A stretch of DNA of 64,000 nt from Leptolyngbyaceae cyanobacterium (lineage in GTDB: Bacteria > Cyanobacteriota > Cyanobacteriia > Phormidesmidales > Phormidesmidaceae): contig CBDHHL010000032.1 in the NCBI GenBank assembly GCA_965263355.1, positions 480,001-544,000 on the forward strand. Reading direction: 5' to 3'. Position numbers and translations under genes: made by a program. This document shows, one piece after another, positions 18,487-31,200 of the stretch. The first letter of the stretch is position 1. Every line of letters starts with the position of its first letter. The notes beneath the pieces were generated by a model. It had not been told where the DNA came from and did no database searches. It saw nothing but the letters and a program-made list of their open reading frames with translations.

Positions 18487-20907
18487 TTAGCTAGATCCTT
18501 TAACGGAATTATGGCTAGTTGTAGGAGGGATAATTTGGAATAAGAACGAATTATCTGCTAGGAAGTTGTCGTGATCATCATGCAGAGTTACTGTGAACTC
18601 ATATTCACCCAATTGAGTAGGGGTATAGTGTGCTATCTCCAAACGTTGATTACTATCAGCAGCTACGTTATAGGTAAAGTGTTTAGTAGCAATCACCTCA
18701 TTTTGATAACTAAGCGTAAAGGTTATCTGTGTATTTGGAAAATCTTTCCATAGATCATTAATTATCCATACTGGCAAATCGACATTCTCACCAATATGCC
18801 AGTTCTGTTGAGTCCACTCGATACTCGGTAGCAATGGTTGATAGGCACGTCTAAGAGACTCAAAGGCAAGTTTTGGTGTGCGCCAATAGTCTACAATTCC
18901 CCAATTAATTGAAGGCCAGTTTTCAGTAAACATGAACTGGAAAATACCTGAAACCGGCTGATATTTCTGTCTCCGATAAGCTTCCGCAGCAAACTGGTTA
19001 ACTAAGGCCTGATACTGTTGAGTGTTCTTAACAAATTCGCTAGGGCTTTCCCCCATAGTTACTTGAGCTAGATTAAATGTCTCATGTTGCTGAAAATTGT
19101 GATATTCCCATTTAGCCCAGTCATGTTCGTTATCTGGCCAGAGTTCATCTTCTGAAAAGATACGACGAAGTGCACTAATACTGGGTAAAGCCTGGGCTCC
19201 AAATTCAGTAATCAGGGGTTCTTCTGTTGATTCAGCATACTTTTCAAACGTATTTGAATACCACCCCCACCATGGATGTTCTGAAGTTAACGAGGCTTTA
19301 TGTAAATAACGAGACGAATCGTATCCCTTTAAGGCATTGAACAGCGCACGGTCAAGCTGATAGTTTTGTTTAGGATTATAGGTCTTATATTTATATTGCA
19401 TCCAGTCTGCATCCCAGGGTGGTTCATTATGCATACTCCAGGCAAATATAGATGGGTGGTTATACAGTGTGTGGATCATCGCTTTCCCCTGACGAATTGC
19501 TTCTTTTTGGAAACTGCTGTCATCCACATATCCCCATTGCAAGGGGAAGTCTTGCCAAACTAAGATGCCGTTGCGATCGCATCCTTCATAAAACTCTTTA
19601 CCCGTAACATGAGCATGCACCCTGACTGCATTAATATTAGCTTTTTTTATCAGGCCAATATCAAAAAGATATTTATCTGCAGTCATTTCGCTCAGCCACT
19701 GGCTGGCTATGTAGTTAGTCCCTCGTAAAAATAATCTCTTTCCATTTAGTTTCCAGATCTGTTGTTTTTGATCCCACTCTACGGAACGAAAGCCAAAAAC
19801 AGTTTCATGTTGATCTAAAATCTTTGTAGAGTCAGTAATTTCTAACTTAAGACGATATAGATTGGGCTCACCATGCTCCCAGTCCCACCAAAGTTTAGGG
19901 TGGTCTTGCTTTAGATTAATTTTAAAAGAATTATACTTTGGATGAATACGACGTTGAATACGCACATGTTCCCCAGGATTACCTAAAAAATTTTCAGGCA
20001 TCAATTGAACATCCAAGGTAATTTTCTCGTTTTGTGTCCCTTGATAGTCAAGATTTATATCTAGCTCTGCTGTTGCCTCATTACTATTGTGATTCAATTT
20101 GGGTGTCACTCGTACATTATCAATTGCTAGCGTATATGAGCTTTTCAGGTAAACAGGGGCCCAAATACCTCCGGTATTTTTTTCTTGACCACGGTCTGTC
20201 CAAGCTCCTCCAGGACGAGTATCGTGATGAGTAAAAATTCCTTTAATAAGACGTTTATGTAAAGACCAATCCTGTCTCTGTTCTTCTAGGGGACTATTAA
20301 CTCGAACCATTAAAATATTTGAACCGTTTGAGTTTAGAAATCGATCAACTTGAAAATCGAAAGGTTCAAAGTAGCCCTGGTGTGAACCTAGATAATGACC
20401 ATTTAGCCAGACATCAGCTTCATAATCTACCCCCTCAAATACAAGCTTGACGACATTATCTCCAGGCATCAAACTCGGAGGCACTTCAAAAGCACGCTGA
20501 TACCACACAACACCATGCAGGTCCTGCCCCTGCAGATACCAGTTACCAGGCACATAAAGAGTTTGCCAGGTTATGTTTGTAAAATCAGGTAAAACCTCAT
20601 TGTGGGGAGCAAGGAGATATGAAGATTCATTTTGCTGCTCAATTGTCTCAGCCCAAAATTTCCAATCCCCATTTAAGGAAAACTGGTTGTTAATGTCATG
20701 ACCATTAGGCATAAAATGAGCATTAACCAATGACGTCGATTGAAAATTAAGACCCAGCACAGCTAAAATCACAACAATAGCAATGACTACTCGTTGACTT
20801 CCGAGCATAAGTTTACGAGTTATCCTAATAATCATTTTTATTTTTTCTTTCGCTATAAGGGCTTCCTTAGCATCTTTTCCCATTGAGACTAATCTTTCTG
20901 GCAGCAA
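18487..20907 (-). CDS. GH2 glycoside hydrolase (beta-mannosidase/galactosidase-like), secreted; true start probably downstream
   Basis: FEGVDY..VWLNG, GGIW.PV, RGTN, WQDF, HNEP (acid/base), TEFG (nucleophile). Confidence 0.9.
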   Translation of the reverse strand: MLPERLVSMGKDAKEALIAKEKIKMIIRITRKLMLGSQRVVIAIVVILAVLGLNFQSTSLVNAHFMPNGHDINNQFSLNGDWKFWAETIEQQNESSYLLAPHNEVLPDFTNITWQTLYVPGNWYLQGQDLHGVVWYQRAFEVPPSLMPGDNVVKLVFEGVDYEADVWLNGHYLGSHQGYFEPFDFQVDRFLNSNGSNILMVRVNSPLEEQRQDWSLHKRLIKGIFTHHDTRPGGAWTDRGQEKNTGGIWAPVYLKSSYTLAIDNVRVTPKLNHNSNEATAELDINLDYQGTQNEKITLDVQLMPENFLGNPGEHVRIQRRIHPKYNSFKINLKQDHPKLWWDWEHGEPNLYRLKLEITDSTKILDQHETVFGFRSVEWDQKQQIWKLNGKRLFLRGTNYIASQWLSEMTADKYLFDIGLIKKANINAVRVHAHVTGKEFYEGCDRNGILVWQDFPLQWGYVDDSSFQKEAIRQGKAMIHTLYNHPSIFAWSMHNEPPWDADWMQYKYKTYNPKQNYQLDRALFNALKGYDSSRYLHKASLTSEHPWWGWYSNTFEKYAESTEEPLITEFGAQALPSISALRRIFSEDELWPDNEHDWAKWEYHNFQQHETFNLAQVTMGESPSEFVKNTQQYQALVNQFAAEAYRRQKYQPVSGIFQFMFTENWPSINWGIVDYWRTPKLAFESLRRAYQPLLPSIEWTQQNWHIGENVDLPVWIINDLWKDFPNTQITFTLSYQNEVIATKHFTYNVAADSNQRLEIAHYTPTQLGEYEFTVTLHDDHDNFLADNSFLFQIIPPTTSHNSVKGSS

Positions 20908-21131
20908 AGAACGCTGACCTTTCTTCCTTAAGAATTCTGCTGTATTTTTCTATGTAAAAATATAACTTGTTTAAAGATACAAAAGGTGCGTAATTCTCCT
21001 AAATATTAGTAAGAATATAAGGATTTTGTTGAATGCTTTATCAGTGATTTAACTGATAAAGCGTTCACTCTATGAGAGTCTAAACCTTGATTTTGTGTGA
21101 CTAAAATATTCCCACAAAGCTAATCCCTGTT

Positions 21132-24068
21132 CTATTCAATCATTGTTTGAAGGAGTCTTATTCCTTCACTAAGAGCCTCTTCAAGCTTTGGAATACAATT
21201 TTCAAGCACCATATTCCCAGCACGACTTTCATTCTCGATATCTTGACACAGATGTTGGACTGCAACCATGCCCAGTGCTGCGCTACTCGACTTTAAGGTA
21301 TGGGCCGCATAAGCAATTTGTTCAATATCTTGAGCATGTACAGCATTTTTAAGAGATTTTGCCAGCTGGGGACTTTCCTTTAAGTAAATCTCAACAAATA
21401 ATTTTAGATTTTCAGGCGTCAATCCACCTAAAGGAGCCAATGTCTTTTCTAGGATACTTTTATCCAGATAAGTTATCTGGTTATCAGTACCTAATACCGC
21501 TGAGGGTTCCTGGGAATCACCAAGTGTTTTATCAGAGGCGATATCCTCAAGCTGTGGAGCAGGATAAGAGTTTTCAATGGAGCAGCGTTCTAAAGCCTCT
21601 AGCAGTTCTTCAATTTGGAGAGGTTTACTAATATAGTCATCCATACCCGCTGCCAGAAATTTCTCCCGGTCTCCTGTCATAGCATTGGCTGTCACTGCAA
21701 TGATGTAAGGCTGCTCATCCTCTGACCATGATTGCCGGATGGCCTTTGTCGCGGCTAAACCGTCCATTTCCGGCATTTGAATATCCATCAAAATGACATC
21801 GTATGCTTGGCGTTTTAGACAGTCGAGTACCTCTAATCCATTGCTAACTAAGTCCGGACGGTATCCCAATTTAGCCAACCATTGCTGAGCAAGCTGTTGG
21901 TTCACCATATTATCTTCAGCTACCAAAATCTTACATGGCAACCTTTGGGCCATTGTACTATCTATCTGTTTGCCCTTGGTTACTAGGGGTTGGTAAGTTA
22001 CTTTACCCGTAATGCCATAGGTCAAAGCATTGTACAGATCATTTTGACGGCATGGCTTATTTAGAAAAACAGCAATTCCTGCCCGCAATGCTTTTTCCTT
22101 AAGATCATAAGTACGGACAGAAGTAAGCATTATCATTGGTAAATTAGGGCACTGATGCTTTAGTTTTGAAGCCAACGTTAGACCATCCATGCCCGGCATT
22201 TGCATGTCTAAAATAGCAACATCAAAAGGCCGTTCTATTTGCCCAATTACGCCTAAGGCCTCGTAGCCTGATCGAGCCGAAAATACATCCATCTCCCATT
22301 GTTCTACTTGATGAGTGAGGATCTTGCGATTAGTCTCATTATCATCCACAAGTAACAACCGCTTACCCTTAAGTTCAACTCTTGGCAGTTCTGAATTAAT
22401 CTCTGAAATAGCCTGGGCTTTGATAGTAAAGAAAAATTTTGATCCCTTATTCAGCTCACTCTCAACCCAAATATCTCCTCCCATGGCGTGACAAAGACGT
22501 CTACTAATCGCCAGCCCCAAGCCAGTCCCCCCATATTTACGTGTAGTTGATGAGTCAACTTGTTGAAATGCGTCAAAAAGCGACTCTACCCGATCTGCTG
22601 GAATTCCGATACCAGTGTCACTTACACAACAGCGAATAAGATATAGGGCTTTATCAGAAGTAGCCTCATCTGATATGGGCTCCGCAAAAACCCTGATCAC
22701 AATTTCACCTTCGTGGGTAAATTTAATAGCATTACCTAATAAATTCACTAGAATTTGGCGTAGCCTTGTTACGTCCCCAACCAAGCTCACAGGCACATCC
22801 AAATCAATCTGGTAGGCTAGTTCTAGCCGCTTTTCAGATGCCTTGGGTACAACTAAATCCAAACACTCTTCAATACAGGACCTTAAATTAAAAGGGCATT
22901 CTTCTAACTCTAGTTTGCCAGATTCGATTTTAGAAAAGTCAAGAATATCGTTAATAATACGTAGCAGGCTGTCACCACTATGACGAATAGTAGACGCAAA
23001 GCCAATTTGTTGATCATTGAGCTCAGTATCTAGCAACAGGCCCGTCATACCAATCACCCCATTCATGGGTGTACGAATTTCATGGCTCATGGTAGCCAGG
23101 AAATCACTTTTGGCCTGTGCAGCGGCTTCGGCTATATCTTTTGCTTCTTTAAGAGATTGTTCACGGGTAACTACCTCGTAGGCCATATGTTGAAAGGCAC
23201 GGGCAAGTTCTCCAGGTTCATCTGATCGTTTAGCAATAGGATTTAGAATAGTAAATTTCTGTTGCCAGTCGTCTAAAGTGGGAAGTGAACTTCCACGGAC
23301 CTGTTTTGCTAAATGGGTGAGTTTTTTCAGGGGGTGAACCACCTTCTGTTTTAGTAAGCGGTTCATAAGGAATATGATTGTAGCCATTATGCCAATAATG
23401 ATGGCCATAACCAGCTTCAGGTAATGGTACCCCTGCTGTAGTAACGTATCAGCAGGAATATAAATGGTTTGAGCAGCAACTACTTCGTTTAATTTCCAGT
23501 TATATCCTTGTTTACTGCCATAGGTCTTTATCATGCTTTGGGGAGCATCATCGACACGGCCATGACATTCTAAACAACTACTTTTCTTAATGGCTAAAGG
23601 ACGAGCTATATAAAAAAGCTCCTTACCATCCTGTTCTCGATATCCACTAAGTTCTTCAGGGGCATCATCCTGGCGAAAAGCATTGACTATATTGGTTTCA
23701 AAGTCATCTGCCTGGTCCCTAGGGTTTGATGGATTTAACGTCGCTTCTTTATATAGAAAATTACTATACTCAGGAGATTCTCGAAAATGTTCAAATACTT
23801 CTCTAGCACCATAGGCCGGTACAGTTTCTCTGATAAATGAGCTAGATTGAGCTAACTGATCAGCCAGTTGGGGTTTGATGCTTTCGCTTGTATAGTTCCG
23901 CACGGCATTCATGGTTTGAATCATCATATGTGCCCGTGCTTTGATCTCGACTTTGGCCAGCTGTTGCATTGCGCTAGAAAGTGCAAGGCCGCTAATGACT
24001 ATCCCACCAATAAAAACGATAGTAAAAAACAGTGTGAACTGTCTATTCAGCGTTTGATTTTTGGCCAT
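21132..24068 (-). CDS. Hybrid histidine kinase: DUF3365 (c-heme) sensor-HAMP-HisKA-HATPase-REC-REC-Hpt
   Basis: [13 protein letters not shown] and CLECH between two TMs; [17 protein letters not shown]; two D.QMP receivers; AHTLKSSS. Confidence 0.93.
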   Translation of the reverse strand: MAKNQTLNRQFTLFFTIVFIGGIVISGLALSSAMQQLAKVEIKARAHMMIQTMNAVRNYTSESIKPQLADQLAQSSSFIRETVPAYGAREVFEHFRESPEYSNFLYKEATLNPSNPRDQADDFETNIVNAFRQDDAPEELSGYREQDGKELFYIARPLAIKKSSCLECHGRVDDAPQSMIKTYGSKQGYNWKLNEVVAAQTIYIPADTLLQQGYHYLKLVMAIIIGIMATIIFLMNRLLKQKVVHPLKKLTHLAKQVRGSSLPTLDDWQQKFTILNPIAKRSDEPGELARAFQHMAYEVVTREQSLKEAKDIAEAAAQAKSDFLATMSHEIRTPMNGVIGMTGLLLDTELNDQQIGFASTIRHSGDSLLRIINDILDFSKIESGKLELEECPFNLRSCIEECLDLVVPKASEKRLELAYQIDLDVPVSLVGDVTRLRQILVNLLGNAIKFTHEGEIVIRVFAEPISDEATSDKALYLIRCCVSDTGIGIPADRVESLFDAFQQVDSSTTRKYGGTGLGLAISRRLCHAMGGDIWVESELNKGSKFFFTIKAQAISEINSELPRVELKGKRLLLVDDNETNRKILTHQVEQWEMDVFSARSGYEALGVIGQIERPFDVAILDMQMPGMDGLTLASKLKHQCPNLPMIMLTSVRTYDLKEKALRAGIAVFLNKPCRQNDLYNALTYGITGKVTYQPLVTKGKQIDSTMAQRLPCKILVAEDNMVNQQLAQQWLAKLGYRPDLVSNGLEVLDCLKRQAYDVILMDIQMPEMDGLAATKAIRQSWSEDEQPYIIAVTANAMTGDREKFLAAGMDDYISKPLQIEELLEALERCSIENSYPAPQLEDIASDKTLGDSQEPSAVLGTDNQITYLDKSILEKTLAPLGGLTPENLKLFVEIYLKESPQLAKSLKNAVHAQDIEQIAYAAHTLKSSSAALGMVAVQHLCQDIENESRAGNMVLENCIPKLEEALSEGIRLLQTMIE

Positions 24069-24291
24069 TGGTTGCCAGTAAGAGTTCTTATAGATCTTGA
24101 TAGTTCCGTAATTTAAAAGAAAACTATCTATTTCATTATTATGAAGTTAAATTACGCTGTCATCAGAATTAATGAGGAGTTATTGATTTTCCCTTTAAAT
24201 AACAATTTCCCTAGTATTTTTCTGGCCTACAGCCATATGGACTATAAATAGTTTTTTCAGGGGCGCACCGTGGTACTCCCCTAGCATCTAC

Positions 24292-26131
24292 TTACGCGAA
24301 GAATGAGAACCCTGCTCCAAAATTATTGATAACTTGCTGGTCTAAAACAGCAATTAACTCATTTTGGTTAGGCGATGTCTGATACCATAATTCAGTGGAG
24401 GCACCATCAGAAGAGATACCTAACTGATAAGCTGCAGCAGCATCTACTAGCTGAACAGTATCCTGTTGCAGGTCAAAGTCTGTAATAAGAGCATAGTCCA
24501 ATAACCCTAAGCTTGTACTGTCACCATCATCATAGAAAAGTTGACCTGCCTCACCTAGAACAAAGAGATCTGCCCCACTGCCACCCGTTAGAGTATCGAT
24601 TTCTCCCAGACCGGCATTGACCGTATCAGTACCGGTTAGGGTATCATCGCCGCTACCACCTAGGAGCGTGTTATTCCCATATCCACCTTGGAGAATGTCA
24701 TTACCTGCTTCACCGGCAATGTGGCCCAGTGCCTTTGAGAGGGTGTCATCCTTAGATCCCCCATGAAGAGTTCCTTCCTTATCTTGGTAAACGCGAATAT
24801 AATCAATTTCAAAAGCACTGGTCTCAGGCGTTGTCTCATCGGGGTTACCAGGCCAGTAACCACCGACAGCCATATTGGCTAATAGATACATAGAGACATC
24901 GGGAATATCATGGTCAATGCTATACAGGGCCTGATCGTCCACAAACCAGGTTAGTTCGTCAGCCGTCCATTCCACACCAAATGTATGAAAGCCAGCGGAG
25001 AAGTCCATACCGCTAAAGGTTTGCTCACCTTTTTCTAGGGCAATATTACCATTGTCGTCTGTGTAGTGGAGACTGTTGAACACCGTGTCAGTACGGTGCC
25101 CCAGGGTTTCCACGATGTCAATCTCAGGGGGCCAACCACCATGGGTAGGTAGCATCCAAAAGGCAGGCCATAGCCCCTGACCTGCAGCGACTTGAGCCCG
25201 CATTTCCATATAGCCATAGGTAAAGGCGTAGTTATCGTCACTGTTTAGGATGCCGGAGGTATAATCAAAGGTTTTAACCGGATAAAAGCCAGTAACTGTG
25301 TCTTGAACATCAAGGGTAAGGGGCTGATCAAGCTTTTCACTAACGATACTCAAGACACCGTCGTTAAAATCAAAGGCATCATACTCTACGCCGTCAATAA
25401 CCTCATTCTCTCCCACATAGGCCTGATGTTCACCGTTCCAGGGGTTAGTGCGACCACCGTAGACATTGTGACTATATTTGGTGCTCCACTTGCTACTGTC
25501 CAGGGTAGACAAATCAAACTCATCACTAAATACTAGTTCCCAATCGCTCTAAGGTGTCATTACCATCGCCGCCGAAAATGGTGTCATTATGTTCATCTCC
25601 CTGAATAAAGTCGTCCCCCCCATTGCCATAGAGAGTGTCTTCGTCTTCACCACCAGAAATTTCATCGTTATCGTTCCCCCCAAAGATGCGATCGCGACCA
25701 CGACCACCCCTTAATTTATTCCGACCACCCTCACCAAAGATCTCATCATCGCCATCATTGCTATCTATTTCGTCATCCCCCTCTCCACCAAAGAGTCTAT
25801 CGCGACCATTGCCACCTCGGATGCGATCACGACCATGGCCACCAAAGATTTCGTCATCGCCATCATCGCCATCTATTTTGTCATGACCCTCCCCACAAAA
25901 AAGTTTATCTTTGCCACGACCGCCAAAGAGACTATCGTTACCTAGACCTCCATAAACCTCGTCATCACCATCGTCTCCAAACAATGTGTCATTGCCGTTA
26001 TAACCATAAAGCCTATCGTTGCCACCTTTCCCTCGGACTTCATAGTCAACGTTGTCCTCCTATCCACCCCAAACATCATCACCGTCGTTAAGGTAAGAGA
26101 TGATTTTTCTTATTCTGGAAATTAGTGACAT
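24292..26131 (-). pseudogene. RTX-repeat + GH16 (laminarinase-type) secreted protein, disrupted
   Basis: ATG 26131, in-frame TAG 26060-26062, GGxGxD repeats to ~25550, frameshift into DWELVFSDEF; GH16 GLWPAFW and EIDIVE intact; RTX-type C-terminus. Confidence 0.8.
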
Positions 26132-26592
26132 AATTCGCTGCGCTTTTGGTAGATAACTCGAAACAAGTATTAATCTCGACACTCAAATGTGCTTTGTGAT
26201 ACTTTTTCGCTGCTGTCACTATTAAAGCTTGTGTGGAATCAATAGCCCTTGAGGGATATTTGCCATATGGAATGGCTTTCATTATGTGGTTATCGTTAAC
26301 CTAAATTTTTCTACAGATAGGGTCAGATAAGTTTTAAGGTGTGTTAACTCTGATGGGATAACTCTGATGATTAATAGGCTTGAGGCTTGATAAGAGTTCT
26401 GAAGGGTTAAAATCAAGCTTTCTTTAAGGGAATGGGTAATATAAGAATAAATTAGTCAAGTTTAGGGAGTGCATTTTTCTAGAAACAAGGTATGAGAATA
26501 AACTAAAAGAAATCGGACAATAACCAATTTTACCTTTATCACTGGAACATTGCTTCAGCTTGTAATACTCAAAACAGGTAATAAATATGTAG

Positions 26593-27933
26593 ATGTTGCC
26601 TAGCAATTGCCCCCTCACATTTTTAAGGCTTACTGACTATCCGTGGAGGCAGTATTTTTTTTTGTGCCTGTTCCTTAGTGGTGTGATTTTCTCAGAAAAG
26701 GCGTGGGCCAAACCAGAATTGGAGGATTCAGTCCCCTACACCTTGCCAGCGAATATCGAAGCGTTATCCGATTTTTCAACATTACCAGTTTCGGAGTTAG
26801 AGATAACGTCAATACCCTATACGTTGCCGCCATCTGATTTATATACTTTAGAAGCTAGGGAAGCTGCCATAAATAGCAATCTGGAACTCAACTACAACCC
26901 AGAAAACACGGATGTTTTATACCTGGCTGCTCCGGAAAATCTTAACCCAGGTCTTTACATTCCACCACCGGTTGAGCCATTACCCGACGCCTCATCTCCA
27001 GAACCAGAAGAGTCTGAATCGGTTATGCCAGATTCTGAAGCTGTTGAATCTACAGAGTCTCCCTTTATTCCAATTTGGGAAGTCGATGGTTTAACGGTTA
27101 ATTTATCGGATGACTTTAGCAATTTTGATCAGGGTAATCGAATTATTGAACCAACTGTAACAGGTACGTTGCCCAATGGGGATAGCCTTGCCATCACCAC
27201 AGGTTTTAATAGGTATGCTCAACCAGATGTTGATACTGTCTTTAATATTCCTCTCAAGGCATCATGGACTGGAGAAATGGGCAACTTTACCACAAAGGCT
27301 GGGGGAGGTGTGGATCTCTTTAATCAGTTGCCGCTTGCCCTTAATCTTAATGCGAGTACATCTGTGCCCATAGGAAAGAAAGCTACACTTTCCTTCTTTG
27401 TAGACTATGAGCCCTATAAGTTTAATGCCACTACTATCAATAATCAGATAAAAGCCTGGCGATATGGTCCCAATCTGTATTGGCAGATTACTCCTGATAT
27501 GTACCTTTTTTCCCTGGTACGCTGGGGGCGCTACAACGATGGCAATCAAGAACAACAATCGTTTAGTCGAGTAGAAAAGAAACTCGGAGATTTTTATGTC
27601 GCCGGTAATTTGTTTACCTGGCAGTATCGAGAAGACGCTGAATCTGCCAGTGGCTACTTTTCGCCTCCTGATTTTTTAGTTACCAACGCTGAAGTTGGTT
27701 GGAAAGGAGAAGTTTTAGATTGGCTGGACTGTGGTGCAGCAGCTTCTTGGGGACGACAACGACTAAACAGCAGTTGGGCGTCAGCTTATAGTTACAACGC
27801 CAAATGCACCTTTGAGATTGCAGAGTCCCTTGAAATGGATTTGGGATATGCCTTTAGTAATGTGATTGCTCAAACAGGTGGCAGTGCCTTTAATAACCGT
27901 GCAATTACAGGCCAGGTGCGTGCTAAATTTTAA
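26593..27933 (+). CDS. Outer-membrane beta-barrel, BcsC/PgaA C-terminal-like
   Basis: Signal peptide (AWA), Pro/Glu-rich linker, amphipathic strands, Y.DGN, GYFSP, C-terminal Phe. Confidence 0.65.
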   Translation: MLPSNCPLTFLRLTDYPWRQYFFLCLFLSGVIFSEKAWAKPELEDSVPYTLPANIEALSDFSTLPVSELEITSIPYTLPPSDLYTLEAREAAINSNLELNYNPENTDVLYLAAPENLNPGLYIPPPVEPLPDASSPEPEESESVMPDSEAVESTESPFIPIWEVDGLTVNLSDDFSNFDQGNRIIEPTVTGTLPNGDSLAITTGFNRYAQPDVDTVFNIPLKASWTGEMGNFTTKAGGGVDLFNQLPLALNLNASTSVPIGKKATLSFFVDYEPYKFNATTINNQIKAWRYGPNLYWQITPDMYLFSLVRWGRYNDGNQEQQSFSRVEKKLGDFYVAGNLFTWQYREDAESASGYFSPPDFLVTNAEVGWKGEVLDWLDCGAAASWGRQRLNSSWASAYSYNAKCTFEIAESLEMDLGYAFSNVIAQTGGSAFNNRAITGQVRAKF

Positions 27934-28248
27934 AGCTTTGATTATGACCAACATTCTGTAGGGCATCACGCTTCAAAAGTCTTGCAGTATGAGAGTTACT
28001 GAATTTTGAAAACGTTCAGTGCAATCGTCGTTCTCTCTGAAGATTTACTAGAGCAATATGGTATTTGAAGGCACATCCTTTTTTTGCCTTTTGCATCTAT
28101 TAATTCGAAACAAAACTTTGATGGTCTGAGAGGACTAGTTAAGTCTTAAAGCAACTGTGCTTTACGCTTGTTCTTCTTGTTTTGTTTGAAATTTCCTGTC
28201 AGGAAATCTCTGGCCAATTTCAATCTGCTAATTCGATAATCCTTAATC

Positions 28249-31200
28249 ATGGGCTCAAAATCAAACTCTTCTGTTATTGATAATGTCCTGAGGGGCAGTG
28301 TCTTCAGTGATGTCCTCATCGGTCTAGAATTCAACGATGAGATTCAAGGATATGAGGAGAATGATGTTTGGCTGAGTGGTGAAGCCGGTAATGATCTGGT
28401 AGTCGGTGGGGCTGGTAATGATATTTTGTCAGGTGGTGAGGGAAATGATTTACTGCATGGAGATTTTTCGGAAGGAAGTGGTTGGGAGTTAGGTGATGAC
28501 GGTAATTATTCGTATACTCCTCTGAATTTTGTTACTAATTCGCTACAAAGTAGTGGATACGATGAGGCGTTTCCTCCTGGCGATAATTTAGCTATTTACA
28601 ACGATTTGATATTTGGTGGTTTGGGCAATGACATCATTCTTGGTAGTTGGGGCGATGATGCTATCTCAGGCGGCTTAGGTAATGACATTATCAATGGTGG
28701 CATTGGTAATGACTATTGGCTTGCAGGTGGAGCTGGCAACGACACTATCAATGGAGATGATGGGCACGACATTCTAGAGGGTGGAGCTGGCAACGATATT
28801 CTGAATGGTGGTAATGGTAACGATATTCTGACTGGTGGGACAGGTCAGGATACTCTTTATGCAGGCGATGGTGAAGATATCGCTGATGGTGGCGAGGGCT
28901 CTGACCTGGTTGACGGTGGGGATGGAAATGATCAGCTGACTGGTGGCCTTGGCAATGACAAGATTTTAGGTGGAGACGGGCATGACACCATGGATGGTGG
29001 GGATGGCGAAGATACTCTCATTGGCGGGGCCGGTGACGACTACTCCATGCTTGGCGGCAGTGGCAATGATGCCCTCTACGGTGAGGCTGGCCATGATTTT
29101 ATGGATGGTGGTGCTGGCAATGATGTCATGTACGGTGGCCGTGAAGATGATGTCATGCTGGGTGGTGAGGGTACTGACCATATCTACGGAGGGGAAGGCA
29201 TTGATCGTATCGATGGCGGTGCTGGTGTTGATGTGATCGAGGGTAACTCGGGTGATGATGACATCCACGGGGGAGATAACGATGATGAGATCGCAGGCGG
29301 CACCGGTCAAGACATCCTCTACGGTGACGCTGGTAATGACATTGTGAATGGCGGCGAAGGCCATGACTTTATAGATGGTGGCGAAGGCTCTGACACCCTG
29401 GACGGTAGTGCTGGCATGGATGTCATTGAAGGCGGCTCTGGTAATGACCTGATCCGTGGCGGTGCTGACAACGACAGCTGGTTATCCGGTGGCGCTGGCC
29501 AAGATGAGATATATGGTGATGCCGGTGACGATGTACTGTCCGGCGGTGACGATAATGACCAGCTCCAGGGCGGCATCGGAAATGACGTTCTTATGGGAGA
29601 TGGGGGCAACGACGTTCTCCTAGGTGGAGAAGGCGATGATTACTGGCTTGATGGGGGCGACGGTAATGACACTATTAACGCTGGTGCGGGCCATGATGTC
29701 GCCACGGGTGGAGTTGGTGATGATGTTGTTATCGGTGATGACGGTAATGACACCCTTTTAGGGGATACCGGTAACGATCAGCTTTTTGGTGACGCTGGTG
29801 ACGATATTCTCGATGGGGGTGACGGTGCGGACCGCCTCGAAGGGGATATCGGTAATGACACCCTCAAAGGGGGCGACGGTGCTGACCTGATCCGGGGTGG
29901 TGACGGGGTTGATTATGTTGAAGGCGGAGCGGGTGACGATAACATTACTGGCGATGCAGGTGACGATAGCCTACTGGGGGATGCAGGCGCTGACATTGTG
30001 GATGGGGGCACTGGTCACGATTACCTGGCCGGGGGAGCTGGGGCAGACATTCTGATCGGCGGTGCTGATAACGACACTATTCAAGCTGGAGACGACAACG
30101 ACACTCTCTACGGTGATGATGGTTACGACATTCTAGAAGGGGGCGACGGTAGTGACACCCTCAGTGGCGGTAACCAGGAGGATATTCTCAAAGGAGACGC
30201 TGGTAACGATGTTTTAGATGGGGGTGATGGCCATGATGTTTTAGACGGTGGGGCCGACAATGATTTACTCCAGGGGCAAACCGGTAATGATGCATTGACT
30301 GGTGATACAGGCAATGACACCCTGCAGGGTGGTCTCGGTGATGACTACCTCAGTGGCGGTGCTGATAATGATGTGCTTGAAGGCGGTGCCGGTATTGATG
30401 TCCTAGAAGGCGGTGACGGAGCCGATGCGCTCTATGGGGGAGCTGGTGATGATGGCTGGTTATCTGGACAAACTGGCGCTGATATCATTGATGGCGGTGC
30501 TGGCCATGATGTGTTGAGCGGTGGTGCTGGTGTCGATCAATTGCAAGGAGGAGCTGGCAATGACACCGTCTTCTTTGATGCCGCTGACACCGTAGTCAAG
30601 GGAGATGCAGGCTACGATGTGGCCATTGTGGAAACCGCTGACGGTGCTAGTTTAGACCTGGGCGCGAACAGCTTTAACGAGGCCCATGGTAATGCCGGTA
30701 ACGACACCTTTACTAATACGAATGGAGCAGGTGGTCCCAGCAGTGAGAGTGTTGCCATGTTTGGTAATGCCGGAGATGACGCCCTAACAGGTGGCTCTGC
30801 TAATGATTACCTAGATGCTGGTGCAGGAAATGACGTTGCCAGTGGCGGAGCGGGTGATGACTACGCTCTGGGTGGTGAAGGGGCAGATGCCCTTGGTGGA
30901 GACGCAGGCAACGATCTTCTAAAGGGTAACGCGGGCAACGATACGTTGGAGGGTGGTGATGGCCACGACACTATTGATGGCGGTGATGGAGCGGATATTC
31001 TTCTCGGTGGAGCAGGGCACGACACTGTAAAATTTGATGCGGCAGATACGGTAGACGGCGGTGCTGGTTACGATGTCGCCAAAGCCCAGGGAGATGTTGG
31101 TGTCACTCTAGATTTAGGCGCTAGCCAGATTGAGTTGGCCTACGGGACAGAAGGGGCTGATGTCTTTACCAATTCCAGTAACAACAGCGTTGAAATTCAT

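Noticed and set aside
26088..26282. 64-aa ORF as the start of the RTX-GH16 gene
   Set aside because: Wrong frame; ATG 26131 is in frame with the RTX repeats.
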